From positions 5,768,147 through 5,832,146 of the forward strand of contig CM119268.1 of assembly GCA_051294375.1 (NCBI GenBank): 64,000 nucleotides of DNA, written 5' to 3'. The position numbers and the translations under genes were made by a program. The DNA comes from Paraspadella gotoi. Lineage: Eukaryota; Animalia; Chaetognatha. Shown piece by piece: positions 1 to 38,869 of the stretch; position 1 is the stretch's first letter, and each line of letters begins with the position of its first letter. The notes under the pieces were generated by a model. That model was not told where the DNA came from. It made no database searches and saw nothing but the letters and a program-made list of their open reading frames with translations.

Positions 1-103
1 TAACTATTTAACTTTGAATGTTTCCGGATATTTTTTAATATGAATTAGTTATTGTTATATATAGGTCATTTCTAGGTCTTAAATGTCAATTTAGGAACGG
101 AAT

Positions 104-176
<73 letters not shown>

Positions 177-283
177 CTCACTCACTCACCCCTGAGTGCA
201 AGGATGAGCCTCCCATTTCGCGTACGATTCACGCAAGAATCACACGCATTCACCGTTTTCAAAGAATTGCGCAGGTTTTCAAT

Positions 284-370
284 TAGCCAATCAGAAGTCG
301 GCTCTCGCGTCAGCGGGCCAATTGGGTGATCGACGCAAACGCTCTTATTGCGTCGCAGTCAATGAGTATG
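284..370 (+). promoter_or_regulatory. CpG-rich promoter-like island with CCAAT boxes, likely GNMT promoter
   Basis: AGCCAATCAG (NF-Y consensus) at 285-294, GGCCAATTGG at ~316-325 and GTCAATGAG near 358 in a CpG-rich patch. A probable 5'UTR intron follows (donor G|GTGAGA at 959; pyrimidine tract plus TTACAG acceptor ending 1185). Confidence 0.5.
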
Positions 371-1284
371 ATTCTCAACGAACCGGATTGCGATCGATCG
401 ATGCGGTGAACAAACGATCAATACGTCTTTTGTCCGTCGATGTGATAGGCTTCGTTGCATCTTTACTATATTTATAGTTTAAACAAATTGGATTAATAAT
501 TTAAGCCCCTCCATTCCTCTCCACGTTACACAAACTTTAAAAAATAAATAACAATTTTTTTTATTTAAAAATTTAACCTTTTAACATTAATATTTATAGT
601 AATTTGATAACTTTGATTGAGCTAATAAATTAATAATGCTCCATTAAATTGACTTTTCATTCCTTCCACCTTTTTCCCTTCACTATATAATTAGGGTTAA
701 AATTTCGAGTCCAGTTGAACAGCGAACTCAAAAGCCCATTATAAAAAAAAAATTTAAAAATCCTCAAAAAAAGACTCTCTTTCTTTTGCGCCACAAATGA
801 AACTCTTGATAGAGTTGCTCTTTTGTTGAAACTCGATCTCGTAGTGATGATTTTTATAATCATATATGACGAAGAATTTTCGATCCTTCATCAAAAACAT
901 CCCAGTTGAAAGATAAAGATTTTCACTGAAAACCAAAAAAAAAAGGATTACAAGGCCGGTGAGATTTTCTCGTATATTTTTTGAATATAATGTATATTTT
1001 GAGAGCTTACGAATCGCTAGGTTCCAAGCAATCTATTTTCTTTTTATTTCTTTCTGACCTTCTAAACGGTAATAAATTAATTGATTATTTCACAATATTA
1101 AAATTTGTTAATGTACGTACAATCATTTAACAATACATTACGTTTTTACTTTTCCTTCCCTTTTTCCTCCCAAAAAAACTTACAGACTGACCGACCATAA
1201 AAGCTAAAAAAAAAAAGAAAAGAAGATCGAACCGCGAAAAGGTCAAGGTCAAGCTCATTCGCCTCAAGGTCAAAAGGTCAAAAG

Positions 1285-4130
<2,846 letters not shown>

Positions 4131-6090
4131 GAAAGATTAGTTGAGATTATTATTTTTGTATTTTGTTTATTCGTCGTTTTAAAGTTAAATTTGTTCTTTT
4201 TTCTCGATTATGTTGAATTCAATTTGAATTTTTTTATTGTTCATACCGTATTATGTTATTATTGATTGTATTTGTTGTCGTTAATCTCTAGCGCAATTAG
4301 TTGATTTTTTTGCTGAGATTTAAATTGTGCTTTCTCTGTTAAGTTATTGTCTTTTTGATCAATTAAATAATAAGTTATAATTTGGGTAATCAACAGTTTA
4401 TTAATATTTCAAAATGCATAGGATAATTCATTCAATTACAAGAGACAATTGGAATGCTTTTCGAGAGAGAATCCTCCTTTTAAATTAAAAAAAAATCTTA
4501 ATTCATTGTAGTACTAATAGATAGTTTACATTTGCCTCGGAATTTATTCACCCTGGACAAAACTTTTCTCCTTTAAAAGAGTTAGTCTCACTCCAATAAA
4601 TAAAAAAAAAAATTATTTTATTTAATCACCCTGCACAAAATACGAAGTCACGGAGAATAACTCACACATTTTAGATATTCTTTTTATAAGTTTGTTTTTT
4701 CGTTAGCTGAAAATTAAAAAATAAAATGAAAATTGGGTAAAATTGAGGTAACAAAGTGAGCAGAGCCGAGCTGTTACAAACAGGAAACAGCGGATGGCTT
4801 AAAAAAATAACTAAAAACAAGTCAAAATGCTGTCGTTATTGCGCGTAAAAACAGCCGGGCTAGGCTTCAATATAAACATTGTTTGTTTCAAGTTTTAATA
4901 GTATAAAGTTCAGGTTTTTTTGCATAGTTTTTTTTCGTAATCATTCTTTTTAAAGCCGGGAAATCGTTTTTGACACTAAAACTACATTATAATTATAATA
5001 ACAGATTTTCTTTTAATGACAGTCAAAAAAATAGAAAATACAAAACGAGGATTACTTAAACTACATTTTTGATAAATATTCCACACGAATGTATGTTAGT
5101 CTTTTCGGAAGAATATTAAAGTATTTTGCCTATTAACAATTCCTTAGGCAATCGAATTCGGCATCGGACTAAACAGAGCAAAATAATTTGAAAACGAGTC
5201 AATGCAAAATTAAATGAGGCAAACGAAATCGAAAACAGGAATTGGGGTACAGTAGCATAGAGATCACTCAAGCTTGAAAAAAAAAAGCCTTCAAGATACA
5301 GAGAAAACCGGACAGAACGACGATTTTGTAAAAGTTTCACTCGTTTTTGTTTAATGACTTTTTATAACGACGAGAGGGAAATACGAAGAATATTTTGATC
5401 TGAGGGAGGGAGAGAAATTAGTTACGAAGAATTGTCTAACGATTTTGTGATATCATCATAACTGTGAGGATTTTCATCTTAGTTAACACGTTTCTTTAAA
5501 AATTTAATCGTTAAAAGTTTCAAAAACAGCATTCTTGGGTTATTTTAAAGTTATGACCGATGCGTTTACTAAAATCAACATTTAACTATATTTTATTCTC
5601 GACGGTACCAGAAAAATAACTCATAATCTCCTGTCGCGCAATTTTAGTAAACTTTAATGGGAAATGAATGAATCGGGAATTAATAGTTCATCATAAATGG
5701 GTCATGGATAAAGGTTCAATGGGACAGTGGACAGGTTACGGCATCGAAAATCGCGTCAAAGAATGACGGTACCCGTAGCAGTCATTGAATAACGTTCAGT
5801 TCTTTAAGCAAATCACAAGAAAGAAAAAAACTATAAATTAACTTTATCAATTCTTTTTTAAATTTATGTAATTTTTTGTAAACTTTTGTATGACTGAAAC
5901 TGCAAAATTTTCTCATACTCGGCTCCACGACCCTCGTTTTGCGGCAATCTTGACTAACGACTCAACCGAGTTCGTTAGTTTCTAGTGGGTAAGACTCTTA
6001 AAGCATTGACACGACACGACATGCATTATCTTCTTTCGTGTCTTCCTACCTTCCTTTCATTCTTTCTCCTCTCCCCCCCCGTTCTCTTCC

Positions 6091-27144
<21,054 letters not shown>

Positions 27145-27921
27145 CTGGAGTTGGGGGAGGAAGAAGGGGAGGAGAAGAGAGGGAGGAGGGGAGGGAGAAG
27201 GGGAGGAGAGATGAAATAAGGGAGGGAAAGAGAATGGGGAAAAAACTAAGAAGGGGAAGCAAAGAGGTGAAGCGTATAAAAAAGGCCACTGATCACTCAA
27301 TCAAAAATTGAATAAAGCCTTATACATTGTATAATGTACATTGTATAATATACAATCTGTTATTATGCAAAAGAAGTATATTCACTTCATGGTTCAGCTT
27401 CAAGGGGCATCTAAAAATAGGGAAATTTTTTTATCGGTAAACTTGTAAAATTTCATCCAACACGGTAAAGTCATTTTTAAACTTAATTTTTTTTTTCAAT
27501 TAACCGCACCTACCTCAGTGTAATACTAGTAACTAAAACCAAGTCTTTCCTATTATTTAATGCGATCTATTAATGATAAAAACATAAAAATTCATGTAGA
27601 GATAATACAGAACGACTATGTAAGGATGGCAAAAAAGTATAACAAGGAATTGTATGATTTTTAAAATTGAAAGACATTCGTCCGTTTGCATCTGCAGTAG
27701 GGTCCATTTAGATAGCAGCCCCCAAAGGTGTCAAAAAAGTCCGGGGATTCCACGGATAGACCATCTTCATGCTTTGCTCTGGACATTTAGTTTCTGTTCC
27801 CCACGTTCAAAATTTGCGTTTNNNNNNNNNNNNNNNNNNNNNNNNNNNNNNNNNNNNNNNNNNNNNNNNNNNNNNNNNNNNNNNNNNNNNNNNNNNNNNN
27901 NNNNNNNNNNNNNNNNNNNNN

Positions 27922-28400
27922 CTCTCTCTTCTCTCTCTCTCTCTCTATCTCTCTTACTCTCTATCTCTCTCTCTCTCCCTCTCTCTTCTCTCTCTCGTCT
28001 CTCTCCTATTCGGTTCCATGGGTATTCATGAGCCAATGCCCTGTTTGGGACAGAGTCTGTCTTCCATAGTCTTGGACAACGATTGTTCAAAAAATGAATC
28101 ATGAAGGCAAGTTGCGTGTTGACTTCGTCCTGACACGCATAATCGCTCGCAGATGATTTGAGTTTTATGCAGTGGAATTTTTTCGCTTCGTTTGACCTGT
28201 AGTTTAACTTTGTACCACTTTTAAAGCGCCTTTCTTTAGTGATTCTTGTTTGTTCAAAAAAGTTTTCGCATTTGCGTTTTTTAAACATTTTTTATTGTAA
28301 AATTAATGTATTCAATATCTAATAAAAAGCTTTCCCTCTCGCTGCGATCTTTGATTCCCAGAAAAAGCTTATGAACTGATGAAAAACCCAGAGAGAGAGC

Positions 28401-28431
<31 letters not shown>

Positions 28432-29883
28432 CGAGAGAAGAGAGAGAGAGAGAGAGAGATAGAGAGAGAGGAGAGAGGAGAGGAAGAGCACTTGACGAAA
28501 GTTTTTGACGACTCAGTTCTTCCACGGCGGCGGCGAGATGTTGGACGCCTCCGAGCGGCTTTGAGCGATGAATTGAATTGACTGATTGATAGAATTTTTA
28601 TTGATTGATTGCTTGGGACGATAGAGAAGTTATTTATTTTTTTTATTTTAATCCAACTCGTCATCGGCCCGCGGTTTTTATATTGTTATTGCCTGTCCAT
28701 CGTTTGCAAAACGGCGTATCGTTGACGTCGTCATCGTCGTCATCTTCGTGCATCCTCCTCCACCTCTTCCTGCCTCATCCTCCTTCACTCCTCCCTCCTC
28801 CTCTCCTCTGCCTTCCTCCCCCTTCCGCCTCAATAATCCCATCGGCGCTCGGATCCAGCCCAATCTCTCTCCTCAGGACCAAAGGTCGTCTCTCTACTCC
28901 TCTCTTCTCTCCTCTCATCTGCTCTCTCTCTCTCTCTCTCGTCTCTCTCTCTCTCAAGCTCTCCTCCTCTGCGTCTCGTCTCTTCTCTCTCTCTCTCTCT
29001 CTCCCGCCCCGGCCAGGGTTACAGAAATATGCAAGACCCTGATGCATAATGAAAACGTCAGTCGACGCGAGAATAAATGGTACAAAAATAATGGAGGCCG
29101 CTTTGGGAGGAAGTAAAATGAATATCTCTAGATAAAGATGGATTTTCGCAGATTTGTGCTTAGTCAAACATTTAAACGTATATACAAATCTTATAAATGC
29201 TTTTAATCATTTTATGTGAATAAATTGGCAACTTCCGTAATTGTACTGAAACATTGTGTTAGACGCATGTATATATTTATTACTTGTGAAGTCATGCGAT
29301 AACACGATCAAAAAAGTCATTTCTTGCATAAGCTCGTTCAACGAAAAATAAAAAGGGAACCGTGAAACTGTCAGGCAGCTGGGACGCCATCCCGCTTTCT
29401 TCATGTAATCAGCCGGGCGCTGAACGCCGGATCATTTGGGTTGGTGAAATCCGTTGGCGAACTGCTGGATTCTCGAACGAGCTGTGGGACGAATGCACGT
29501 ACTTCCACAATAATAACTTAATTTTGCGGGACGATTGTCCCCTGTATCGATTACTTAAGCCTGTAATTTCTGACCTGCAGGATACCTTGGTGTCAGGAAA
29601 AAAAAGAAGGTTGAGAATTTTGCATGGAGGGCAAACGTAAATTTAAGTGTAACTTTGCTATCAGAGAAACGGTTCTTAATTTTTCCTTATTAATGCGTTG
29701 TCAGAGTTACGAAGATTCACTAACAAAGTTATCTACGAAGAGGAGGAAGAAGAAAGAGGAAGAATAAAGGAAAAGAGGCGGAGAAAGAAGCCTAAAACAA
29801 GGACAAGTTATTGATAACGCAGAGAGAGAGAGAGCGAGGAAGAGAGTAGAGAGAGGGAGAGAGAGAGAGAGAGAGAGAGAGCC

Positions 29884-29918
<35 letters not shown>

Positions 29919-32900
29919 AGAAAAAAGAGAGAGAGAGATCTCAAATGAAAATGAGGAACTGGAACAGAGTTTTTAAATAGAAGTTAAATAGGTTTTAATC
30001 CACATGTTTTGTGCTTGAAAAAAATAGCTATTGACAATATTCGTTTGTTGTACCTATTGACAGGTATTGTTTCAAAAATGCGAGACTTTGGTTCTTTTGT
30101 TTGTAAAGTCGGTGTTCAGTTTTGTGCCAAAGTGATCGATAGAGGACACTTGCGGAAAGGCAACCGAAAGCAACAAAAGACTTACGCGTATTTTATAAGC
30201 TATAACTAATAACTGATAAAGCTATATAGTCGTTGAAATGCCAGCATCTCACCCTCTGATCTTTGTAGAACGCTCTTGAGCTGCGGAGAATTGTCGTGGG
30301 CCCCTCATGCTTCCGCGAAAACCGGTCGCCAGAGGTAACCAGATGGGCGCTTGACAGGTCAAAGCAGTACATCTTCAGCTTTCTCTCGGTGAGCTAAAGA
30401 TAATAAGCAAAATTGACGTTAAATGATAAATTGTCAAATTCACTTATTAAATGGTTACGCCAATGCAACCTCTCTACCCCAGACACCCAAATCCACCACG
30501 CAAACCCGCAGACCACCCACCCACTCCATCACTCGGGCAGAGGACGTTCTTGGGCGTGACCATCTGCGTCGTGGGCGAGACCATGCTGTGGGTGGAGAGT
30601 GCGCCTCGTTTCGGATCGGAGAGATTTGAAGATCAGGCTTTTGCAAATACGCGCATCTGGCAGATGGTGCAGGCTTTGACGGCCTGCCCGCCGGTTCGCG
30701 GTCCTGCAGAGCGCTTATCGATGAGCAAAAAGGGGTTGTGGAAGATCGCCTTCTTTCGTTAATTTTTTGTTTTGTTTCGTTTTAAATACTTTTTGTATTG
30801 GTGATTTAACATGCGTTTTATGAAGGAACAACGCATATTATTTTATTGAGCAATTATACTTCGGTTACATCGCTTAAACCATAGTTCATTGCGAAGTAAA
30901 TGGCAGAAAAAACAGACACAAAAGTAAAAAAATGATTTTTGGTTAAAAAGAGAGGAGAGGAATAAGAGTGAAAAAGAATATGAGGTCATATTTCTTTTCA
31001 GGCTCTTATTCTCGTCTCTCTCTTAGTTAAGCCAAAAATATTTTTTTTAACTTTTTTGTGTCTGTTTTGCTTGCATTTACTTGCGCAAATGAAACTATGG
31101 TTAAGCGATGTTAACCGAAATAATATTGCTCAAATAAAAAATAATTATGCGTTTTCCTCATAAAACCGATGTAATCACCAATACTTATATGTACTCATCC
31201 CACCCGCAGGTTACGATGACTCTCAAGCAATAAATACTATTTTGATTCCTTTATTCTTGTTTATTCATTATGTCTGGTATTGATATTTTGAAAATTCCTA
31301 ATATAAAAAAGTAATTAAAAACGGTACATTTTGAGTCTTTTTTTCCACCCTATCTTGGCACGATATGTAGGTAGTCCTGGCGCTCTATCTCCCAGCCACG
31401 ACCTGGGCCGTCATCGACCCGGCTAGATTCCGGTTCTCCCAGCCCACCTACCGACTTCAAAGCCTGAAGTCTTTGCCGCGGATTAGTCGCTGGCGCTTTT
31501 TTTTTTTCTTTTCCAGACCTCTAACCGGCTCACGATCAGTGTTGGCAGCCCGCTCGGTCGCGCTCTGACCTCTTTCCTTCTATCGGCCTCGGTATGTCGG
31601 TATGCGCTAGCACACTGGACGACTTTGACATTCCTGATCCGTCTTCCACGATCGCCACTATCGGTTCTTGATCCTAGGTTATACGGTATAGTTGCTCTAG
31701 GCTGAGGGCCGGATTCCGTTTTCGTATGTCCGCTCTGTTGGCATACTGGTTTTGTCGGTGACGTATTTTTCAAATGTAATTGAACGTGTGTTGTCTTGAT
31801 CTGTCCTTGCTCTATCCTCCTCCCTCGTATTCTCTGGTTCTCCACCTTCACCTGCTGTATCGTCTACGTAGTCGGCTTAGGGTATCTTACGGGATTTGTC
31901 TGTCGCGTTACCTCTGCGCTTCCAGACGTCTTCGTTTTGTTGTTCCGTCTTCATACTGGGACAGTGACCGGCTTGGTCTCTGATACACGTCTTCCCACCG
32001 CCGATCGGAGTCTCTAACTACTGGACTACACACACTGACCGGTGCTTGGTCCTGATCTCACTCTTCCCCACGCGCATCGGTCTCTAACGCTTGGCACATG
32101 ACCGGCTTGATCCTGGTCACATCATTCCCACGCATCGGTCTCTAAACCTTGCGCACATGACCGGCTTGGTCCTGGCCTTCCTTTCCTGCCTAGGCGCTAC
32201 TCCTCCTTGTAACGAGGCCACGATGTTTCTCCAGAGGACATATTCCTCGGCAGAGACGCCAACTCCTCGCTGGTCCAAAGTTCACGCGGCGACGGACAGG
32301 TTGGGCATATGCGTTGAGGATCATGGTCTTGACGCCTTTGGCCTCCTCGCGGGGGGCTGGCTGGATTATCGGAGGTAGGGGGGGGGAGAAACGGTAAGCG
32401 GAGATTAATCGTTGGTTGTTCGGCTGATGGATTGATTGATCTGATTTGGAGGTCTGTTTGATTATTAGTGAATTGAAATTTTGATTAGATGTTTGAAAGA
32501 ATGATGGAAATGATTGTTCGGTTTACGTTCATTGATTTTAAATCCTGCATTTGTGGTCCCTTGGTCAAATGATTGGGAAATCTATAGATTGCCTTATGAT
32601 TATTTTTATTTTGTGACTCTGATAGTTTTATTGATGGCAGTTGAAATTGGTTCGTTGATTTGTAAGCTCTTAGTGAATTTTCTTAAGTATGATTGTCAAG
32701 TTGCGGATTGAGTTTATCGATTTTAGCGTAAGATTTGACTCATTGATAGCTCAGTTTTTTTTGCTTGAGTTGATTGATTATTTTATTTATTAGAATTGAA
32801 TTCATCAGTCGATTGAGTCGATCGGTTATATACTACCTCCGTTGGGCTGCGTCCGTTATTTGCAGCCGAACCTTCCTGCCGGGCGAGGATCCGCCCGTCC

Positions 32901-34790
32901 CGAAGCCACGGCAGCCGCCGTTGTCGGCCGCACCCCGGCGCCGCTGGGCGCCGCCTGGACTTGGCTCCCGGAAGTCGCAGACTCCGCCGCCGACGCGCGC
33001 CGACGTCCATGCCGCCCGCGCCCACCGCATCCCGCACCCCTCACGGACGGGCCGCCTTGAAATGAGACATTTGGACTTGGATTTTATTGATTTTGATTGA
33101 ATTGGTTATTATGATCATTCATTCATTCATTCATTCATTATTCATTCATTATTCATGCTCTCATTCATTCATTCATTCATTCATTTATACTACGTTTTAA
33201 TCTTTATTAAGGAATAATTGATTGATTCCGCGTCGATTGATTGAACTGATTTAATTGATAGAATTGAAATGAAGAAAAGGTTTAGTTCAGACCTGATGCT
33301 CGTCTGCTTTTCCCATGAAAAGCCGGAGAGGCATGGTTGAAGAATGAATGTTGACAACGGGGGTTAAGCGGTTGATCGTAAGTTCATGCGATAGAGCAGG
33401 CTGAATTGTTGGAGGAAAAAAATTCATGTCATGGCTTCGTGTTTAGAATAATTATTATATAATTATTCATTTTATTTTTACGCCACAACTCTCTCTCTCT
33501 GCTCTCTTCTGCTCCCTTTTCTCTCTCTCGTCTCTTCTCTCTCTCTCTCTCTCTCCTCTTCGTCTTTCTATCTCTCTCTCTCTCTCTCTCTACCCACCCC
33601 CTTTAACGAGTTCCTACGCCCTCCAGATCCTCAATCTTCTTTCATTTGTTCGCGCCACTCCCTAGTTTAGTGCTTTACCCACCCCATCCTCCCGCATAAC
33701 CTCCCTCTCTTCAAGCATCCATCTCAACCACACAACCTGTTAACCCACACCCTCACATTTCTTCTCTCTCCCACAACGAAACCTCACGTTTTCCCGGGTT
33801 GCCAGCGGGGAGTCGCCGGGGCCGGCTCCGCACCCCAGCCGCGCTCGGCGAGGACCGCCCGCCGGGGAAGGCCAACCGCGAGATGAGGGCGGAGACGTCC
33901 GTCGCGCCTTCAAACAGCGCCCCGGGCGGCGGCGGGCGCCATAAGGGCTGCGGCCTGCGGCGCCGCACCGGCGGTACGGGAGGCGGGCCCGTCCGTTGGG
34001 GCCGGTTTATCGGGCGGCAATGCGGGCGAGGATGTGGAGATGTCGGAAGAACCTGGAGTTGGGGGAGGAAGAAGGGGAGGAGAAGAGAGGGAGGAGGGGA
34101 GGGAAGAAGGGGAGAGAGATGAAATAAAGGGAGGGAAAGAGAATGGGGAAAAAAACTAAGAAAGGGGAAGCAAAGAGGTGAAGCGTATAAAAAAGGCCAC
34201 TGATCAACTCAATTAAAAATTGGAATAAAGCCTTATACATTGGGTATTATGTGCATTGTCTAATATACAATCTGTTATTCATGCTAAATAAGTATATTCA
34301 CTTCATGGTTCAGATTCAAAGGGAGCCAATCTAAAAATAGGGAATATTTTTTTTAATCGGTAACTTGTAAAAATTTCATCCAACACGGAGTCATTTTTAA
34401 ACTCAAATTTTTTTTTTTCAATTCACACGGCACCTACCTCAGTGTAATACTGAAGTAACTAAAAACTCAAGTCTTTCCTATTATTTAGATGCGATCTTAA
34501 TGATAAAAGCAATTAAATTCATGTAGAGATAATACAGAAACGAAACTAATGTAAGCTTACATAGTCGTTGTAACGGATTGTAATGGTGGCAAAAAAAGTT
34601 AAGAGGAATTGTATGATTTTTAAAATTGAAGACATTCGTCCGTTTGCATTCTGGCAGTAGGTCCCATTTAGATAGCTAGTCCCCAAAGTGTCAGAAAAAG
34701 TCCGGGATTCCACATGATAGACGCATTCTTCATTATTTGCTCTTGACGCATTTAGTTTCTGTTCCCTCACGTTCAAAATTTGCGTTTAAA
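27922..34790 (-). other. Indel-rich second copy of the TRIM 5' region (~20.1-27.8 kb) with frameshifted B-box2 (30393-30253), B-box1 (~30710-30533), RING and leader exons
   Basis: Colinear similarity over ~7 kb with scattered 1-nt indels, adjacent to an N gap; most consistent with an unpolished long read or second haplotype. Confidence 0.75.
30795..31184. mobile_element. Foldback palindrome, copy 2, with flanking ~13-bp direct repeat
   Basis: GTATTGGTGAT...ATCACCAATAC, centre ~30984. TAAATACTTTTTG (30783-30795) recurs as TAAATACTATTTTG (31231-31244). Confidence 0.75.
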
Positions 34791-34958
34791 CTTGACCGTA
34801 TGCTCCAGAGAAAATGAAGTTGCCGCCATTCAAAGCCATTGCCTCCTCGTTTTACCGTCCGTTTGTCCGCTGTCACAGCGTTTTTAAATTTCGCTCCTCT
34901 CCCTTTGTCCTCTTCCTCTCGTCTCTCTCTCTTCTCATCTCCTTCTCTCCATCTCTCC

Positions 34959-34993
<35 letters not shown>

Positions 34994-35049
34994 CTCATCT
35001 CTCTTCTCCCTCCCACAGCCCACACCTCCCACCAACATCAACCACCCAC

Positions 35050-35249
35050 ATGTTCGTGCAAGCAAGACGTTGCAGGCCTTCCCGCTGTCGCCGACGGGAG
35101 ATTCGGAGTGAGAGTGGAGGAAGGCCAGCCGTCGCCGACCACCCCGCTTCCGCCACCAGCACCGCTGCCGCCGCCGCCCGCCATTTGCCGCCCCCGCGCC
35201 GCCCGCGGAATCCGGACGAGCGCTGCACTCAGCCGAACTCGAAACATCT
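35050..35249 (-). CDS. Probable upstream N-terminal exon of the TRIM gene (MFRVRL...MAGGGGSGAGGGSGVVG...SCLHEH)
   Basis: GC-rich open frame with CAG acceptor (35252-35250) and CAT|GTGGGT donor; ends in phase 0, matching the phase-0 start (VLSDISTSF) of exon 27144-26879. Confidence 0.5.
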
Positions 35250-37461
35250 CTGCTCCAGGGTGCGATGGCCTACCGATAAGGGGATTTATTATTATTTTAT
35301 TAGATTCTTCTCGGCAGTCTTTTTAAAATGCCCAATTATTAATACAAATATCGAACATGACATTAAGAGAAAATTGGGAAATTCGAGTGGGCACGGGTAC
35401 ATTATGTCGTAATTTATTTTAAGGTTATCCAGCAAATGCTGCAATATCACTGAGATTAAACAACTCATCTCAAGTTATCCCTTCCACGCAACGGAAACAT
35501 CAAAGAGAAACATTCAATGGCAGCAACTGCTTTATAAACGGCAATATTCACATCCTACTTTATGATGCGGAAAACCAATAACCATCAGGGCATTCTCAAA
35601 AATCAGCAGAAATTAACAGCAGCAAGAGAAAAATCACAAGCATAAATTGCAGCATCAACAGCATCGGTGGCACACAAAACCGAAAACTGCTGCAGTCATC
35701 GAACAGGCAAGAAAAGACGCCAACCTGGAGAGTGCTTGGCGGTGGAAGCGAAATTGTGGCTGAGGCAGGCAACAACTCCCGAGGAGCTAATGGTGGCGGT
35801 GTGGGTCTAAAGTATGGGTCCTCGTTGCTTTGATACCAGTGTGGCTCTCGGTGTGGATCTAAGTATGGGGTCTCGTTGTATTGTACCAGTTGTGGCTCTT
35901 CGGTGTGGGTCTCGGTGTTGGGTATCGGTGTGGGTAATCAGATGTGGATCTCGGTGTGGGTCTGTTGTTGGTACCTAGTGTGGGATCACGTTATTTGGCT
36001 CTCAATGTGGGCGGTCGTTGTGGGTCCTTAGGTGTGGGTACTTACGTGTGGGTCTCGTTGTGGTCCTACGTTGGGTCCCTTGTTGATAACCAGTGTCGGT
36101 TATGTTGTGGGTCTCAGTTCAGGGTCTAGGTGGTGGGTCTAGATGTGGTTCTCGATGCGGGTTTCACGTTATGTTTTTTCGATTCGTCTTCTGGTTATAG
36201 GGTGATCATCGTACGTGATCGGCGAGGTGGGTTGGGGGGAGGAGAGAACGAAAGGAAGAATAAATTGCGTTATTGTTGCAAGAAAAAGAGAGAATCCAGT
36301 TCGCATTCGAACTCGCCTCGCTATCCCTCTCCTTTCAATCTTTGAAACCTCGCTCTCGCGCAGACCGAAATAAAAGAATGATTTTCGATTTTCGCGTTTC
36401 GTCGACGACGATGATTGTTTTTTTTTTTTTTTGCTTTTTGTTTTTGTTTTTGTTTTTTTGGTTTAACTGGCTGCGCCAGAGAAAATGGATCGTCTGTTTT
36501 CGTTCGTCGTGTTTTCGTATGTATCGTCCGTCGCGTTGTCCGTATTCGTCGTCGTCGTCTTTGTCAAAATGGTCGACCGACCAAAGCAGGAAACGGATTT
36601 CGTTCCCGTTACGACTTCCCGGTTTCCGATGGGCGTCAATATGGCGCCTTCGTTAAAGAAGAAAGAGAGAGAGGGAGAAGAGAGAGAGGAGAGAAGAGAG
36701 AGGAAGACCGCAGGAGGCGACGGGAACGTTTTATTCTCCGTCTTTTTGTTAGAATTTAATTGGTTTTTTCTCTTTTTCTTTTTTTCAACTCAACAAGTCG
36801 AAAACTTCTTTCAATCGTCACTCTCTTCTCATATTTTTTTTTTCGTCGGATTTTTCTCAAATGCATCGACCAGTCGTCCCCGTAAGTTCGACTAAATCGC
36901 ATTAGCACATGTATATAAGTGTTTAATAAAATAAAATTAACGATCGCGTATCCTCAGTATTAATGGGATGGAAATTGTATCGTCGGTGTCCTGAGCTTCT
37001 CAATTGTAAAGATTTTTATGGACTAAACGAATAACATTTTGTTGACTGTTTTACACGATTGGTGATTGTCACGTTACTTGTGATCTTTTGCTCGCGTAGA
37101 CTCTTACAATATTCTGAGAGACCAATCACATCTGTAGGAAGAATGTCTCCAGTCCGGCGATTAGAAATTATCCTGGTTAAAAAATAAAAATAAAATTATT
37201 TCTAAATATTTAATTAATTTTCTAATTGAATTTAACATTGTCTTTACCATGTTGACGACATTTGTTTATATACATAAATAAATAACTTAGAAAAATGGCA
37301 ATCAAAAATCTTCCGGGTGAATAAAAAAAAAAGAGTGGAGAGTCGACACTGCCTTCGCGTGCGGCGGGAAAAAAAAAGCCATGAATTTGCAAATGGTTTT
37401 GCATCCTAGCAAATTTGTCTGCGTTTTTGGCGGGAGAGTGGAACGAAGAGAGAGAGAGAGA

Positions 37462-37506
<45 letters not shown>

Positions 37507-37585
37507 AGAGAGAGAGGAGAGAGAGGAGAAGAGGGGGGAGAGAAAGAGAGAGAGAGAGAGAGGGGAGAGAGAGGGAGAGAGAGAA

Positions 37586-37637
<52 letters not shown>

Positions 37638-37654
37638 GAGGGCAGGGGGCAGAG

Positions 37655-37735
<81 letters not shown>

Positions 37736-38869
37736 GTCAAAATACTAAAGCAATCGATGACAAAATAATATTATGTTTTATGTTCTCATATTTTAAATGG
37801 GAAGGAAGCCTTAACCATAAATAAACAGGAAACAAGAAAAGCTTATTTACTAACTCAGTTTTGTCATTAGTTTGTTCCAATATCACGAAAAAGCGGGAAA
37901 AGAGCGCTGATATTAATAATTAATTATAAATATTTGTGGTGAAAAAAAAAATCAGGGGAGAATAGGTGAAAAATGAGACTAAAAGGTTTAACAAAGATTA
38001 GAAAAGAAAAAAGATCCGAATAGGGAATAAAAAGGAAAAAGAAGATAGAAAAGAAAAAAGGACAAAAAGAGACAAAATGGAGCAGGTAAAGAAAAAAAAG
38101 GAAAGAGAGAAAAAGAGGAAAAGAAAATAAGAAAAAAGGATAAAAAAGAAAAAAGGAAAAGAGCAAGGAAATAATTCAATTCCCTCAAGCAATTCTTTTT
38201 TTTCTATTTAATATTGAATTGGATGTGCGTGTTTTTCGCCTGATTCTAAGGACAGAAGAAGGGGAGGAGGAAGAGGAGAAGAGGCGGAGAGAGGAGGGGA
38301 GGAGGGGAGGGAGGGAGGAGGAGGGGAGGATTAGGTGGATGAAAATCGAGAGGAAACTCATTTTTTCGGGCGACATTGTCGCCCAAATGGGAATTAATCG
38401 GTGACTTGTTGACGCCGAGTTTATCACTTACCATTTGTTTGGTTTGTTGTTATGACGGTTGACCAACGGCAATTTCTCCCGTGAACATTACGTAGGCGTG
38501 AACTATGTGATGCAGTGACATTAAATATCCCATTGGTCGAACACATTGCGTAGTAGTTTTTTGCTCGAGAGTCACGATAGAATTGCTTGTTTATTTCCTC
38601 ATAAGTTCTTAGATTTAATATTTTCTTTAATCTTTTAGTTTTAATCTTTGATTGCTTCTTTCGCCATTTTAATCGTCGTCGTCATCATCGTCATCATCAT
38701 CTTTATCATCATCATCATCTTTATCATTATCATCATCATCATCGTCATCGTCATCGTCACCGTCATCATTATCATCATCATCATCTCCTACGCTTCTTTA
38801 CACTTTCGTCTTTTTCTTCTCTCGTCAACGCAAATCTTTATTTATTTCTTTTCTCGCTTCCTCTCTATT

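Noticed and set aside
657-936. Minus-strand ORFs (…KFFVIYDYKNHHYEIEF…) with a good-looking acceptor at 926
   Set aside because: No recognisable domain, early stop, no partner exon found, and it overlaps the probable GNMT 5'UTR.
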